Shown piece by piece: positions 51,182 through 64,000 of a stretch of 64,000 bases of DNA. Every line of letters starts with the position of its first letter. Position 1 is the first letter of the stretch. The translations under genes and the position numbers were made by a program. The DNA is from Camelus dromedarius (taxonomy: Eukaryota): positions 48,176,001 through 48,240,000 of the forward strand of contig NC_087436.1 of assembly GCF_036321535.1 (NCBI RefSeq). The letters are read 5' to 3'. Under the pieces are notes generated by a model that was not told the origin of the DNA, ran no database searches, and saw nothing but the letters and a program-made list of their open reading frames with translations.

Positions 51182-52204
51182 GTGGTTGTGGTTTTTGAGG
51201 GGCTCTTGTGGATTTTTTTCTTATTATAGTACTACAGCTTAAGTGGAAAAGTCGGGGTTGTATTTAGATTTTTTTTCTTATTTGCTTCTTAGCAGCTGCC
51301 ACAGCATTTGACCAGCCAAGATCAAAGAAAGCCAGAATTGTAAGCAAGAGTTTTTATTTATGTGAGTGATGTTTTGTTATACACCAACAAGTCTGATCAG
51401 CAGAATCCAGAGCTGAGAGATAGAGGTCTTTACATTGTAAAGAGTGACTGGATGAGTGAATTTATGTGTTCAACCCAGTTCCGTCAGAAAAATAAGAATG
51501 GACTTACTGGGGTGTGCGTTGGTTCATTAAGAGGTAGTAAAATAAAGTAAGATACAGTGCGACATATGCTTACTTTTCTCCTTAGGGCAGGTTACAATTA
51601 ATTGATAATTGGATAAGTCCATATGCTTTAGAAAATTATTACTTATATTGAACAATTACTTATGAACCATAAGATAAGACAATATGTGTTGTCTTCAGTG
51701 TTTTTCCTCTCTTCATAAAGCAAATCCTCTTCCTTATGTACCTTGTTTCTGAGATTACTTCTCAATTTTACCCTAATTGCCTTGAGACAGTCATTTCCAA
51801 CCAACTCCAATAAAGAAAATGATCACAGTAATAAACCAAAATTACAGCTTGAAGACTATGAAAATACAAATACTGCGTTTCAAGAGCAAACTAAGAAGAG
51901 CAGAAGTCTATCTTTTCTGGTAGAAAAAAAGGAACCTCTTGTACAGATGGGAGATATAATTTAAATGAAATCATTAAATGTACAGAAGCTCCAGATAGTA
52001 GCAAAATTCTATAGTTTGCATTTTTAGATTGGACAAATAAAACTTATACTAATAAAAATCTTGGCTTTTAAATGAGAAAGCAGCAATCCAGCGGAAAGTC
52101 AGAAACTCTGGGAAGGAAGAGTTATCTTACAAACCAGGTGTAATATTACAAACAAGTCTGTCCGTATCTATTGATAACAGGACAGGAGGTAAAAAAGGGA
52201 AGTA

Positions 52205-52350
52205 GGGGGAGAGGTATTGCTCAGTGGTAGAATGTGTGCTTAGCATGTGCAAGGTCCTGGGTTTAATCCCCAGTATCTCCATTAAAAAATAAATAAATTA
52301 AACCCTAATTACCTCTTCCCCCAAAAAAAATTAATGAAATTTTTTTAAAA
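52205..52350 (+). mobile_element. tRNA-derived SINE (camelid vic-1-like)
   Basis: gggggagaggtattgctcagtggtaga (A box)...ggtcctgggtttaatccccagtatctcc (B box), then aataaataaa...cctaattacctc...cccc and A-rich tail. Confidence 0.85.
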
Positions 52351-53849
52351 CTTGAGGAGAAAAAGGAAAATAATAATGTGGCCTAAACTGAAAGAAGATC
52401 AAAGCCCTGTAGGCATAGCTATTTGAATGGATAGACAATAGGGAATGACAAACCCAATAAAGGAAAGGATAATGGAGTTTCACCTAAATAGCATGTTATT
52501 GACACCTTATACTCTCAACAGAAGTTAGAGGAGAAGATGTTGAACGCATAGGGAGGTAAAGGATGCAAGGATTTTAGAAAAAATTATAAATGGTCCCAGA
52601 GAGAAAGCAAAAGCAAGAAGTGTTTAAACATTATCTGACAATAAAAGTTAGAGATGAACTTTTGAGTCACTGGATCACAACAAACTTCTCCCTTGCCAAT
52701 TTCTTCTCTGCCCCTCGCCCCTCAGTACAGAAAGCAGGACTTTTTAAGCTGAACCAGGAAGTAGCTCATGATTGTTCATGCAGATCACAAATGAAATAAT
52801 AAAATGCTGTGAAAGAAACTGCTCCTGTGCTAGAATGTGGCCACCAATTCCTGTTGAAAGTGCCTTGCTTCTGAAAAGCAAGTATAATGAAATCTTAGCA
52901 AGACCCAGAGGGGAATCAAATAGCCTTAGGTTATGTCAACTACCTCTTTCCTAGAACAGGAGGCATCCCTAACCCTGTACCAGGATGATTACTTGAACCA
53001 GGGAGAGAAGGGAATCTTCTGCTGATTAAGCCAGAGAAAGAACTGCAATAGCTCAGAAAAGAGAAAGCAGCACAAAAGTTCACAAAACTATGCAACTTTG
53101 CCCAACCTCAATTTGCTTCGTAAGTTCTTCTTTGTTTTTTCTTTCAGTTTCCTTAACACTTTAGACAGTCTGGCATTAAGTGAAGGTGAGATAGGGATAG
53201 TGCAAAGTATTATCAGTTCAAGAATGTGAAGTTTATGCCTAGGAAATAGGATCACGGCTCTCCCTTAGAGCCAACAGTCATGGTAACTGAGTGAGAGATG
53301 TGGAAGTAATTGCTCCCACAGCTACCTGAAGGCTTCCCTTGATGTTTTAATCAGAGTAATTCCTATCTACTTTGGAAGCCTTGACCAATGCTTTCAAATC
53401 CTCACTGTTCTCTCATGATTGCCTTATTAACAATCTCAGCTTTTTTTTAAAAATGTAATTAACACACATGTGTCGAATGCTTTCTAAATACCAGACACTT
53501 GTTAAGCAACTTCACATTTTGCTTATAAGCGCTTGGAAGTAGTACCTTCTTCATTTTTTCACACCCTTCAGTCAGACAATCCCAGTGTCTTGCTTTGTGC
53601 ACAGTGTTCAGTGCATATATTAGTAATTCCATAATATTCTAAAATATGTCTATTGAAAACAGAATGAACTTAGGGTCAGATTTATGTGTGGGCCGGGAGC
53701 CTGGCTATAGCAACCTGCCCAGCGCTTCTTTTGTGAAATTTCTCATTCATTCTCTAAGCACTTATTCACATGTTTCCCTGAAGGGGAGTCCAAAAGTGTC
53801 TGAGAAAGGGAGCAGTTAGTGTTCTGAAGGATTTTGCACCCATCTTCTC

Positions 53850-54020
53850 TCCATTTATATGATCTGGACACTTATCTAAGCCTCTGTTCTCTCATCTATA
53901 AAATGAAAGTGATAATACCCACTTAACATGATTTTTATTTTGTTTTTCAGAATAAATGACATAATGTACATGAAGTATTTAGCTCTACCCCCAGTAAGAA
54001 CTCAATAAATATTTACTATG
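53850..54020 (+). mobile_element. MIR SINE
   Basis: ctctgttctctcatctataaaatgaaagtgataata...taaatgacataatgtacatgaagt...ctcaataaat. Confidence 0.7.
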
Positions 54021-54149
54021 AATATTTTAGTATTTCATCTCTGATTAGTCTTTGTAATATCCACGTTGATCCTTCTGATAGTCACTTCTCAAGGTTTCCT
54101 GGATTTTTTATAGCCACCTGTAAGGTTCACCCAGAACCTCCAGTCCTAC

Positions 54150-54590
54150 TTTCCTATGCATTCTCCCAGATTCCTTTTTCTCTCCTTTCCCACATCCAGT
54201 GAAGCAACTCTACTGATTCTACTTCCAAACCTGTCCTGAATCTGTCTACTTCCTCCTGGCCACACCACTATGACTCAAGTCCACACTACTGTCCTCTCTC
54301 ACCCGCACTAGTAAAGCAGCCTCCAAAATGGTCTCCCTGCTTCCATTCTTAACTCTCTACAACCTTTAGTCCACACACCAGCCAGAGTGATTTTATAAAC
54401 CTAAACTGTATCACACTATAGATATTATTATAACTTTCCAATGGTTTCTCTCATTCTCACCAGGCCTTCGTACTAGCTGCTGTCCCTACAGGGAATGCTC
54501 TTTCATGTGTTTATCAATGTTTTCCTTTTCTTTAGGATCTTAGTCTAAACACCATCCCGCCATATATGCCTTCTATGGACATTCAACACA
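54150..54590 (+). mobile_element. L2 fragment
   Basis: tgattctacttccaaa...caagtccacac...gcagcctccaaaatggtctccctgcttcca...cagccagagtgatttt. Confidence 0.75.
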
Positions 54591-54642
54591 GAGGAGCCAC
54601 TCAGATACTCTTTTGTTCAAAGAAGGTGCTGAGTCAGCATCA

Positions 54643-54936
54643 CCATTTATCCTTGAATAAATAGGGTTTGAACTGGGCAGGTCTGCTTATAACACAGTTT
54701 GTTTGTTTGTTTGTTTGTTTGTTTGTTTGTTTGTTTCAATAATATACAGTCAGCCCTCTGGCCTTCTGAATTTGTAGGGGTTTCGAACATTTGAGATTGG
54801 TTGAATCCAAGGATGTGAAACACACAGATAGAGAGGGCCGACTGAACTACACCATTTTATATAAGGTACTTGAGCATCTGTGAATTTTAGTATCTGTGGG
54901 AGCTCCTAGAACCAATCTCCACAGATGCCTGGGGAT
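54643..54936. mobile_element. TcMar-Tigger non-autonomous element (Tigger2/MER2-like) containing a (TTTG)n microsatellite
   Basis: ccttgaataaatagggtttgaactg...cagtcagccctc...ttggttgaatcc...gagggccgactg...ccattttatataaggtacttgagcatc...cctagaaccaatc. Confidence 0.8.
54697..54736 (+). repeat. (GTTT)10 microsatellite
   Basis: Perfect gttt tandem repeat. Confidence 0.95.
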
Positions 54937-56719
54937 ATATTTATTAACAACCACCCTCCCCAACTTCTGTTTCCAAAGCACTACACTTTGTACAGTGTCT
55001 TATAGTCTAAAGGACAAAAATCAAACATAAGTATTCATTGATTTCTTCTGGAATGAATTTTTCACTGGAGTTATTTTTCTATCATCAACTTGCAACTAAC
55101 TCTGTTGGTGTCAGAAATGGTAATTCCTATTTATTTTATTTGCCTGACAAATGCTATCTGTGCTAGTGTTCTAGGTAGTGCTGGGAAGAAATGACCTTGC
55201 TCCTTTCCATATTGATGGGTGTCAGTCATGGTTCCTACCACACTCAGGATATTGGGAGGAGTGAATTGAAAAGTCTTGCTCTTACAAGGATTATATTTAT
55301 AGAAGAAAATAGATCATAATCAAATAACTGAAGACAGAATGAATGAATAAACAAGAAAAATATCAGGTAGAGCTACATAATGCAGTGTGATAAATAGTGA
55401 CTTCAACAAAACCTATTCTGCTATTAACAAAACTCTCAAACAGATTAAATACAAATTAAAGGAAGGAATTCCAATGACCATCATTTCCTCTAGTGCCTGA
55501 CTCTATAGACATATTGCCTAAATGTTCATCTATACAATTTTTTTCCTTTAGTTTTACTCAGATTTACCCCAGGGTGTTTCAAGTGATGCATATGCCTTTT
55601 AGAGGATTGCTTCTACCAACAAAGTTCTCAAAAACAGACATCATTAACACAAATCAATGCTGTCTATGTTTGTTACATCTCTCACAATGTTTCTGTAGAC
55701 CTTAGTAATGCTCTCTCCAAATGTTCATCTTCCTTAAATTCTTTCATAAACTAGTCATTTTTTGTAATAAAATTTTCTCTCACTTTATGCATAGATGGAT
55801 TACAATAATAGCAGCAACTGAAATGAATTCTTAGCTTGGAAATAATTTGCAGAGTGATCTCTCAACCTCATTCAAGTTCAGGAGAAATTCAGTTCAGTTT
55901 ACCTTTCATCATCCTTGGTGTTTATTCTAGGAATTCCATCATCAAGAGTAGCCCAGGGCAGACTTAGACAAGTTGACACAGCAGAACTCAGTTTTTCAAG
56001 GGACTAGGAAAAGAAAACTTCCAATGTGTTAAAATGTTTCTGATCTCCAGGTGGGTATTTTATATTATGAACAGAGAAGCACCTAATGCAAGCTTTATTG
56101 GCAGAACATTTAGAGGCATATTTTTTAAATTGTATAAGAAATATGTGGCATTTTCCTTTCATCATGTATTTTAAACTCTGTAACAGGGGCATACAATCTT
56201 AAAAGGAGGAGGAATTTCATAGTTAAGCTGCCAGAATCCAAACCATCATTGGTGGTGTGCATGGCTGTGCATGATGAATGTTTCAGGGTAATCCCTTTTA
56301 ACATATCAGAATTAGGAATAATAATTCATCTAATTAGAGTCATATTTTAAGTCATATGGATTTATTTAAGTATAAATGAGTAAGGCCTCTTCTGGCTTGT
56401 CTATAGGCCCTTTTCATCCATATTGCCTGTGCCTTCAGTACCATCTATACCACCCAATTCCACTCAGAAGTTTTCCTACTGAAAATACCTATCAGAATGG
56501 TCAGGTCCTTTTATAAATAAGTTTAAATGAAAAGAAACACCTTACAAATGTAACTTATTAACAATAATGATATTCTTTTTTAACAGGACTTTCTCCCAGT
56601 CTGCTTCTCATAGAGCAAACAGATACAATAGGACTGAGCTGTTGAGGAAACATTCTTTGCTTTGCACTGATAGCCTTGCCTTAATCAATTATAAGGAGAT
56701 TCCCATACTTCTATCAGGA

Positions 56720-56965
56720 ACCAGAAATGAGCATAGGGGTTGCAATCTAGAGAGGTTAGGCTTTTATGCTCCATAGTCACACTTGCCAATTTTGTGAACT
56801 TAGGCAAGGTACTTAACCACCCTATGCTTTAATTTCCATGTCTGGAAAATGAGGTTAACAGATGCCTATCCATGAGGTCACTGTGAAGATTAAATGAGAA
56901 AATATTTGTAATGTGCTTCCAGTGATGCTTGGCACATAGTGGGTGCTTAATAAATGTTGGCCAGG
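56720..56965 (+). mobile_element. MIR SINE, near full length
   Basis: tgtgaacttaggcaaggtacttaacc...tttccatgtctggaaaatgagg...tgtgaagattaaatgagaaaatat...tggcacatagtgggtgcttaataaatg. Confidence 0.85.
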
Positions 56966-57829
56966 ATTATACCTGTGCAAGTAATTAGAAAGTATAAGAA
57001 ACAATGTGCCAACAATAGTGTTGCAGGTGGTAGAGAAAGGGAAGAAAAAGTTATATGTCCTGTTCAGTGTTGCTTTGATTTTTAGCTGTGCATTATTAGC
57101 TGTTAAATTATTAATGGAATTCCTATAAGAAAAATAACATGCAACTACAAGGCTAAAACTACATTTATAATTCCCCTTTTTTTACATTGAAATAATTGTT
57201 TAATTGTTATATATCAACTCAAGAGTTCTTAGAAATGCAGTTAACAGTTTATAGCATAATATTAAGTACATAGTCTCATCATACCCATGATACAGATAAA
57301 AAATTGAGGAACAATACTTGAGTATACTGAGAATGATAAAGGTTTCACAAAGGAGCATTTTGTACTAGATGAACGCCTCAAAGCAGTACATTCAGTCCAC
57401 TAATGCTTTCATAACTCTTGAAAATTCCCCCCACAAAAGATTTGGTCTAAGTGGTGTAATTTAACACATGGATCAACGGATTAACTCTCAAAGTTTAAAA
57501 AGTGCAAGATTTCCAATCTAGTTAGAATTCCTCTGATCAGGAAGGCAAAACAGAGTAGATCAAAGGCATATAATGTGAGTGAACCCAGATGGAAAGCCAT
57601 TACAATCCATTCCATAGAAACAGTCTACTTAGTAAATGATGATATTTATTTATTTAGATTATATATAAATCACCCAGTTAATCCTGCTATAAGACACCAA
57701 ATTTACCCTCTTTCAGTTCTGAGGTCGCAGGTTAATAACCCCTAATCCTGACTAGTTATGTGAAAGTCCAGTTGAACTTCTAATGTATAAATTGAGTTGG
57801 CACTTAGCCTACGCACTTGGCACTTAGCT

Positions 57830-58090
57830 AAATGACTTCTTCTCAGTAAAATATTTCTTTAATACCTTATCTAAATATCTCTGGTTAATGTTCATCATTT
57901 CAACCTATTTATTGCTTCATAGCACTTAGCACTATATGAAAGTATTTGTTTGCAAATTTGTTCATGCATATTCTTGTTTAACGTCTGCCACCCAAGTCCT
58001 TATATGTGTTTAGTCCACCTCCATCCACCAAGTATGTACTACAGCACCTAGCACACAGCAGGCACTCTTCAGAGGTCCAATGAATAGAGA
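57830..58090 (+). mobile_element. L2 3' end
   Basis: ttcatagcacttagcacta...ttgtttaacgtctgcc...cagcacctagcacacagcaggcactc. Confidence 0.6.
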
Positions 58091-59709
58091 TAAAAGTTTT
58101 GGAAGAGGTAGACCTAGACAAATTTACCAGCATCACAACTTTTTAGACATCATATCTTATTGTTGGGCAAAGGAATAGCAGCACAAACTCATTAAACATA
58201 GTTGTTTGAGTTAATTCCATCCCCCTGTTCTGTATTCTACTATTTTTTACATTTTTACTCCTTACTGTTTCTTTTACCTTCTTTTGTTAATTCAGTTAAA
58301 AAAAAAAAAAACTGGAATGGTAGCATCTTACGAAATAGTTTTTGTAAAACTTATCACTAAAAGACTTCCAAAAAATCATTTCCTCACTACCTATAGACAG
58401 AGGGGATGTCTAAACTCCTAATGAAAGGACAGATCACAACCTTTCTCTTTCCTGACCAGATAACTAAGAATGAGTTCTCCAGCAAGCCAGCAAGGTGTGG
58501 AGTTGAACTATTCGCTGAAACAAGCACTGGTTTAACCATAAGCACAGCCAAACCTCTATCTCAGAATAAACTAGGCTCTCACTTGAATTTGTATTTCAAG
58601 TTAGAATGAACATTGGAGCTTTTTTAATTTTTAGCACCATAAAAGGGTTCATGAACTAAAGTAAAATAACTCCAGCTGCTTGTACCCAATTACCGAAATT
58701 CAACAAAATAAATATAGTTTGTGGGGAAAGAAAATGGACATATAATAACCACAAATCCAAAAAGTATGCCAGAACAAGTTCTCAGTAATTTACAAAACAT
58801 CACCAAAGGTTTTTCTTGTACCCAGTGGTTATACAGCCATGGGATAAGGTTGTCCTTAGACAGGTGCTTTGTAGAGACTAATGTTAAGGTTCTGGTGTCA
58901 TTTGAACTTAAACTGAGTTTTAAGATGTCATCTTAGGCTCAATGAATTACTTCCTGAATAACAAGTTTTAAGCCATTAGCCAATATATTCTGCAAAAATT
59001 TTGCAATTATAATTAATGAATAAAATATGACCAGTTACAGTGGGTTGAATTTTTTCAAAAAATTTTATGTTCCTATAGAGAAAGATCCCTGAGGACATTT
59101 TTGGTAGTAATCTTACAATGTTGTACTGCTTGGGAATTAGGGAAATTGATGCTTGGTGAATTGATGCTTTAGTTATTTTTCCCCAATTCAACTTCCTCCA
59201 ATTACTGAGGGAAATCAGATAATCTAGTATGTTATTCCTTTCATGAATAAGTACTTTTCTGACATGTTAGATGAGTAATGACAAAGAAGTCTATAGTTTC
59301 TTTTGACTACTTTATCATACCAAGAATGATTTTATGCAACAGAAATGATACTCAAAATAGAATTTGATTTGATAAAAAAAATCATACAGTTTTTGGCAGT
59401 ATCTAGAGCTATAACTGATGTTTAAGGGGATGCTTAGGACTCATAAGTTACTTTTCATTCTCTGCAATGGTCTTGTTTATTTACTAGTTACTGGTCTTCT
59501 CTGTTGTGTCTCTCCTCCCACCTCCCTCCCAATCACAATCCCACCTCTAATAGCACAGGGAGTTTGTCTTCTTATTTGCTGTAACCTGGCCATAGTTGAA
59601 GTTTTCAATCAATATTTGCTGAATTAGTGAATTCAGCAGAATGAGACAGGCATTGATTGACATCATGAAGAAAATATCTTGACCATTAAATTGTTTCAAT
59701 CAATAGAGC

Positions 59710-60169
59710 TATAATGGGTTGAATAGAGTCCCCCTAAAAGATACTTCCAAGTCCTAATCTCTAGTACCTGTGAATGTCACTTTATTTGGAAACAGGGTCT
59801 TTGCAGATGTAACTAAGTTAAAGATCATCCTGGATTTAAGGTAGGGCCTAACTTTAATAACTGGACTCGTAAGAGAAAGAAGAAGCAGTTTGGGACACAG
59901 AGGTCACTTGGGAGAAGGTCATATGCACATGAAGGCAGAGATTTAAGTGAGCCATCTGCAAGTCATAGAACATCAAAAATTCTTGACAGCCACCAGATAC
60001 TAGGAGAGAGGCATGGGATGGGTTTTCCTTCAGTCTTTAGAAAGAATTAACCCAGCCAACACCTTGGTTTTGGAATTCTGGCTTTCAGAACTGGGACAGA
60101 ATAGATTTTTGTTATTTTAAGCCACTAGTGTATAGTAATTTGTTGCATCAGCCGTAAGAAACTAAAACA
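59710..60169 (+). mobile_element. MLT1C-like solo LTR with perfect 5-bp TSD
   Basis: aatgggttgaat...gtacctgtgaatgtcactttatttggaaacagggtctttgcagatgtaa...gtaatttgttgc...gaaactaaaaca; AGAGC at 59705-59709 and 60170-60174. Confidence 0.92.
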
Positions 60170-60374
60170 AGAGCAAACTGAAATCATGATTATTTACCTT
60201 TTTCTTCTAATGACAGAAAGGAAGGAAAGACAAGATATTAATTGGTCATTCATCAGTGTGTGATGAAAAGAGACTATATAAGAAGTTTTCATGAATACCA
60301 TTTTCTAATAAACAGTAATGAAAAATCATAAAGCAATGGAAGTAGTGGTTCAGTCAGGTAATGGATGACTGACG

Positions 60375-60560
60375 CAGTGTGAAGCAGTGATGCCAGACAT
60401 TGCATTCAAATTCTGGGCCTGCCTCTTGCTAACTATATGCCCTTGGAGAAGTTATTTGACTTTTTTGATTCTCTTCTGGAAATTGAGGGTAATTATAGTA
60501 TCTACCTCCTAAGGTGATTGTGGGGATTCATGCAAGTAAAACACTTCAGCAGGGCTTGAA
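60375..60560 (+). mobile_element. MIR SINE
   Basis: gccagac...ttcaaattctgggcctgcctcttgctaactatatgcccttggagaagttatttgac...tagtatctacctc. Confidence 0.7.
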
Positions 60561-62198
60561 ATTCAGGAAGTCCCTTAGTGGTTATTCATGAACTCCTTAA
60601 TCATCACTTAAAAGAACAGAGTTATGCAAATAGAACATGGGATTAATATTAGTTGAAGGCAACATGAAGGTGGATACCGAGTAATATGTTTCTGATTTTC
60701 AAAGCTTTCCAAATAGAAGCCACAACTTTCAAAATCCTATGAGTTAGGATTTCTTCCTTCTTTTTTTCTCTCTTATTCTCTTTCCAGTAGTTCTTTCTGT
60801 GTGAAAAGAAGTACTTCTTCTACTTTTATTGAAGTCTCTCCTTCAGCATCCTAATATTCATGGAAAAACAAAAACTGGGAGCAAGTATGGAAACCACAGT
60901 CCTCATCTCCTTTCTATGCCAATGGCTGAGATTAGGAGCATTCCATCTTAGAGCTTGAAGGTACATTCAAAACTACCTAGTTCAACTCCTTTGTTGACAG
61001 ATGTCCAGAGAGCTTATGAAACTCATCCAGGATTCCTAGGTTCTTTGAGGGCAAAGAACTAGGGCTGCTTATTAACTACTATATACTTATAAGTTAGCAC
61101 AGGTCTTCCAGATGAAAATAGATAAACAAGTAACTGACAAGTTAGTCAGTGCCACTACCACTAATATTGCATTGGCTTCACATCTCATTCTGAGAATAAA
61201 ATGCATGATAACACAGTGGAGGACAAGTATGTTGACTTATGTTCATACTGACCTAAAGTATGTAATGTTGATTATTCTACATCGGAGGGATGAGTCCTGA
61301 TATTGCTGAAAATGTATACCAATTCATTAGAATCCATGCAAATAATACAGATGATTTCATAGGCCTAGAGCCACTTACAACAACAAATGTATTATAATGT
61401 TCCTTCTCTTTTTCTTGCTTTGTGAGATTTCTTTCAAGGAGTTATTAGTAGAATATCATCTATTTCCAGAAATGCCAGACCCTCATTTTATTCCATCTGC
61501 AAGACACATGTAGCCATCTCTTCCATCTTTCAGAGGGAATCAGCTGTGTCCACATTCCAAAAAGTGAGTTTGGAAGGTTGGAAAGAGTGGGAGGTGGTAG
61601 GAAAGTCAGCCAAGATGAGCAGTTTCAACTTCTTTGATTTTTTTCTGTATAAATGTGGTGGCCAAGACCCAAACAGCTCTGATTTTTCTGCCAGCATGCA
61701 CTTTTTCCATCATTCCTCTCTGGCTAGAACTTTGATCCCTGAGCATCACTTGCAGAATCATTCATCATCAGGTGTTTAACATCCCTTGGAGGAGCTCTGT
61801 TTCTGGGCCCTCCTAAAGGATATTAAGGAAAAGTAGACAACTTTACCATATTAAGGTAAAACACATGATTCTGCTCTTTGCCACATTAGCTGACATTTGC
61901 CTAGCTGCAAAATCACTTTAGACACAACACCAATTTATAACAGTATCCTATAAATGGAGTCATTTTCCTCAAGGACTCAAGCTAGGTGACTGGGGAAAAG
62001 ATTAGGCATCTACATAGAAAATGATTTTTACTAAAATGCGTGAAAACTAAAGGATTCCCTCTTAATGTTTTATTCTTAATTTACTGTGGAGAGGAACAAG
62101 GACTTCATTTTGAACCAATGGGAGTTCTGGATCCAGATCTCAGACATATCAGGACTCTCACAGGAAAATACTCAGGAAGAAGCATTACGATATGAGGA

Positions 62199-62578
62199 CA
62201 TAGATACTCATTTGTATTTTTTTTTAGATTCCACATACAAGTGATATCATACAATATTTGTCGTTCTCTGCCTGACTTATTTCACTAAGCATAATATGCA
62301 AAACAGAAACGGACTCACAGATATAGAAAACAAACTAATGGTTACCAATGGGGAAAGGGGAGGAGTGAGGAACAAATTAGAGATATGGGATTAAGACATA
62401 CAAACTACTATGTACAAACTAGAAAAGCAACAAGGATATATTGTATAACACAGGGAATTATAGACTTATCTTGTAATAAATTCTAGTGAAGAATAAGCAG
62501 TAAAAATACTGAATCACTATGCCATACATTTGAAATTAATATAATATTGTAAATCACCTAAACTTGCATTTAAAAAAA
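62199..62578 (+). mobile_element. Truncated L1 3' end with 5' inversion (62199-62295 inverted, 62296-62578 forward)
   Basis: Reverse complement of the left part (attatgcttagtgaaataagtcaggcagag...ggaatctaaaaaaaaatacaaatgag) is the L1 segment immediately upstream of the forward part (caaaacagaaacggactcacag...). Confidence 0.85.
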
Positions 62579-63056
62579 GCTATCAGAATAATGACATGTA
62601 GAATTAGGATCATTTTATTGTACCAAGAGCTACTTTGGCCCAAAGTATTCCTTCACACTGATATAAAGGAAACTTCTTTTACTTCTTAAAATGCTGCCTT
62701 TCTTCCATAACCTGAGAACTTTTATTAATTTATTTTTGAAATTTAGTGGGAAAAGCTAATTGGCTTCCAAGTAACCAAAAACTCACAAGCTCACTCATAT
62801 TTCCCAAAGAGAACTTTCCTCAGAGCTAAGTTTCTTGGTTGAAAAAGACAGAAAGTAAGAATTTAAAAATATTTAAATGTGTTAAGCCTTTTCAGAATAT
62901 TGACACCATCAGTAAGCTGTGAAGCTTGTAACAAAACCAAGAATTCTTAGTGCCCTATTCTTTATTCCTCATCTATCTCTTAGGCTTAGGTTTTTCTTCC
63001 TCCATTAGCAGAATAATAAAATCAGCAGAATGTGTGCTTTTAAAATGTTTTCTTCA

Positions 63057-63450
63057 TAAGTCAGAGAAAGACAAATATCATATGACATCACTTATATGCA
63101 GAATTTTTTAAAAATGATACAAATGAACTTATTTACAAACCAGAAATAGACTCATGGACATAGAAAACAAACTTATGGTTACCAAAGGGGAAAGAGGAGG
63201 GATAAATTAGGAGTTTAGGATTAACATATACACACCACTATATATATAAAATAGATACATTTCTACAATATAGCACAAGGAACTATATTCAATAGCTTGT
63301 AATAACCTATAATGAAAAAGAACCTGAAAAAGAATAAATATATATGTATTTATATGTACAACTGAATCACTTTGCTAGACACCTGAAACTAACAAAACAT
63401 TGTAAATCAACTATACTTCAAGTTAAAAAAATTTAAATAATTAAAAAAAA
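63057..63450 (+). mobile_element. Cetartiodactyl/camelid L1 3' end
   Basis: taagtcagagaaagacaaatatcatatg...gatacaaatgaacttatttacaaaccagaaatagactc...aactgaatcactttgct...actatacttcaa plus A-rich tail; TTTTCTTCA on both flanks (partial TSD). Confidence 0.92.
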
Positions 63451-64000
63451 CCCTTTTTCTTCAGTTGTTCGTGACAGGCTTGATATTGTGATTAATGCTT
63501 TCTCACTGGGTTTAATTTTAAACCAAAGGTGAGTCTCCATGATTTAGTGGTTAGAATAGATTTTCATTTTGTGGCCACTGGACAGAGTTTTCTCTTTGTA
63601 AATCTCACTTGTATTATGATAGCTTTAGCACTTTAAGTTCACCAAAGAGACTAGCTCCAATTTTAACATCTTCTTTGATTGTTCCTATTTAAATGTTTAT
63701 CCTCATCATGTTTCCTTCTGAGAGTTAATTTGCTTTCTTTCTACAAGATTTACTTCCCCCCACCCCAGTTCTCCTTACTATTTACCTCTTCAACAGCTCT
63801 TTGGAATAACAATCCTAAAGAAAAGACTGATAGGGAACAAATGTCCTTTTGAAAACAAAGACTAAGTCGTATGCCTAGAAAGAATAATAATGTTTTTTAC
63901 AGGTTAGCTTTGTGCTACTCTGATGAAAGAACTGGTTTGGTGCCTTTTTCATTATAGGTTAACATCATAACAAGCGTCTACTTCCTATAACAGAACAGTT

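Noticed and set aside
52205..52280. tRNA gene
   Set aside because: Degenerate stems and a SINE-type tail; a tRNA-derived SINE, not a tRNA
57798..57828. Direct repeat TTGGCACTTAGC twice
   Set aside because: Local tandem microduplication; only two units, no CRISPR-like or other array structure

Overview
AT-rich, repeat-dense mammalian genomic DNA. It is most likely camelid (alpaca/camel), judged from a vic-1-like tRNA-derived SINE at ~52.2 kb and cetartiodactyl-type L1 3' ends. No intact protein-coding gene, RNA gene or CRISPR array is recognisable. The one firmly identifiable gene-derived sequence is a full-length processed pseudogene of SLC25A1 (mitochondrial citrate carrier, 41652-43198). 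It has a poly(A) tail and a 15-bp target-site duplication (TSD), sits inside an old MLT1 LTR, and is disabled by a lost ATG, a nonsense codon, frameshifts and a 63-nt deletion at an apparent microhomology. A small native CpG island at ~35.15-35.55 kb, with a duplicated CRE/GGCGCC module, looks like the promoter/first exon of an unidentified, probably minus-strand, transcript; several candidate exons lie to its left. The rest is nested L1 (one near-full-length dead copy), L2, MIR, MaLR/ERVL and DNA-transposon fragments, including a twin-primed L1, an L1 insertion with target-site deletion and a chimeric insert. Repeat subfamily names come from recalled consensus motifs and need RepeatMasker/Dfam confirmation; most repeat boundaries are approximate. 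I see no convincing previously undescribed biological system, only the modest oddities listed.
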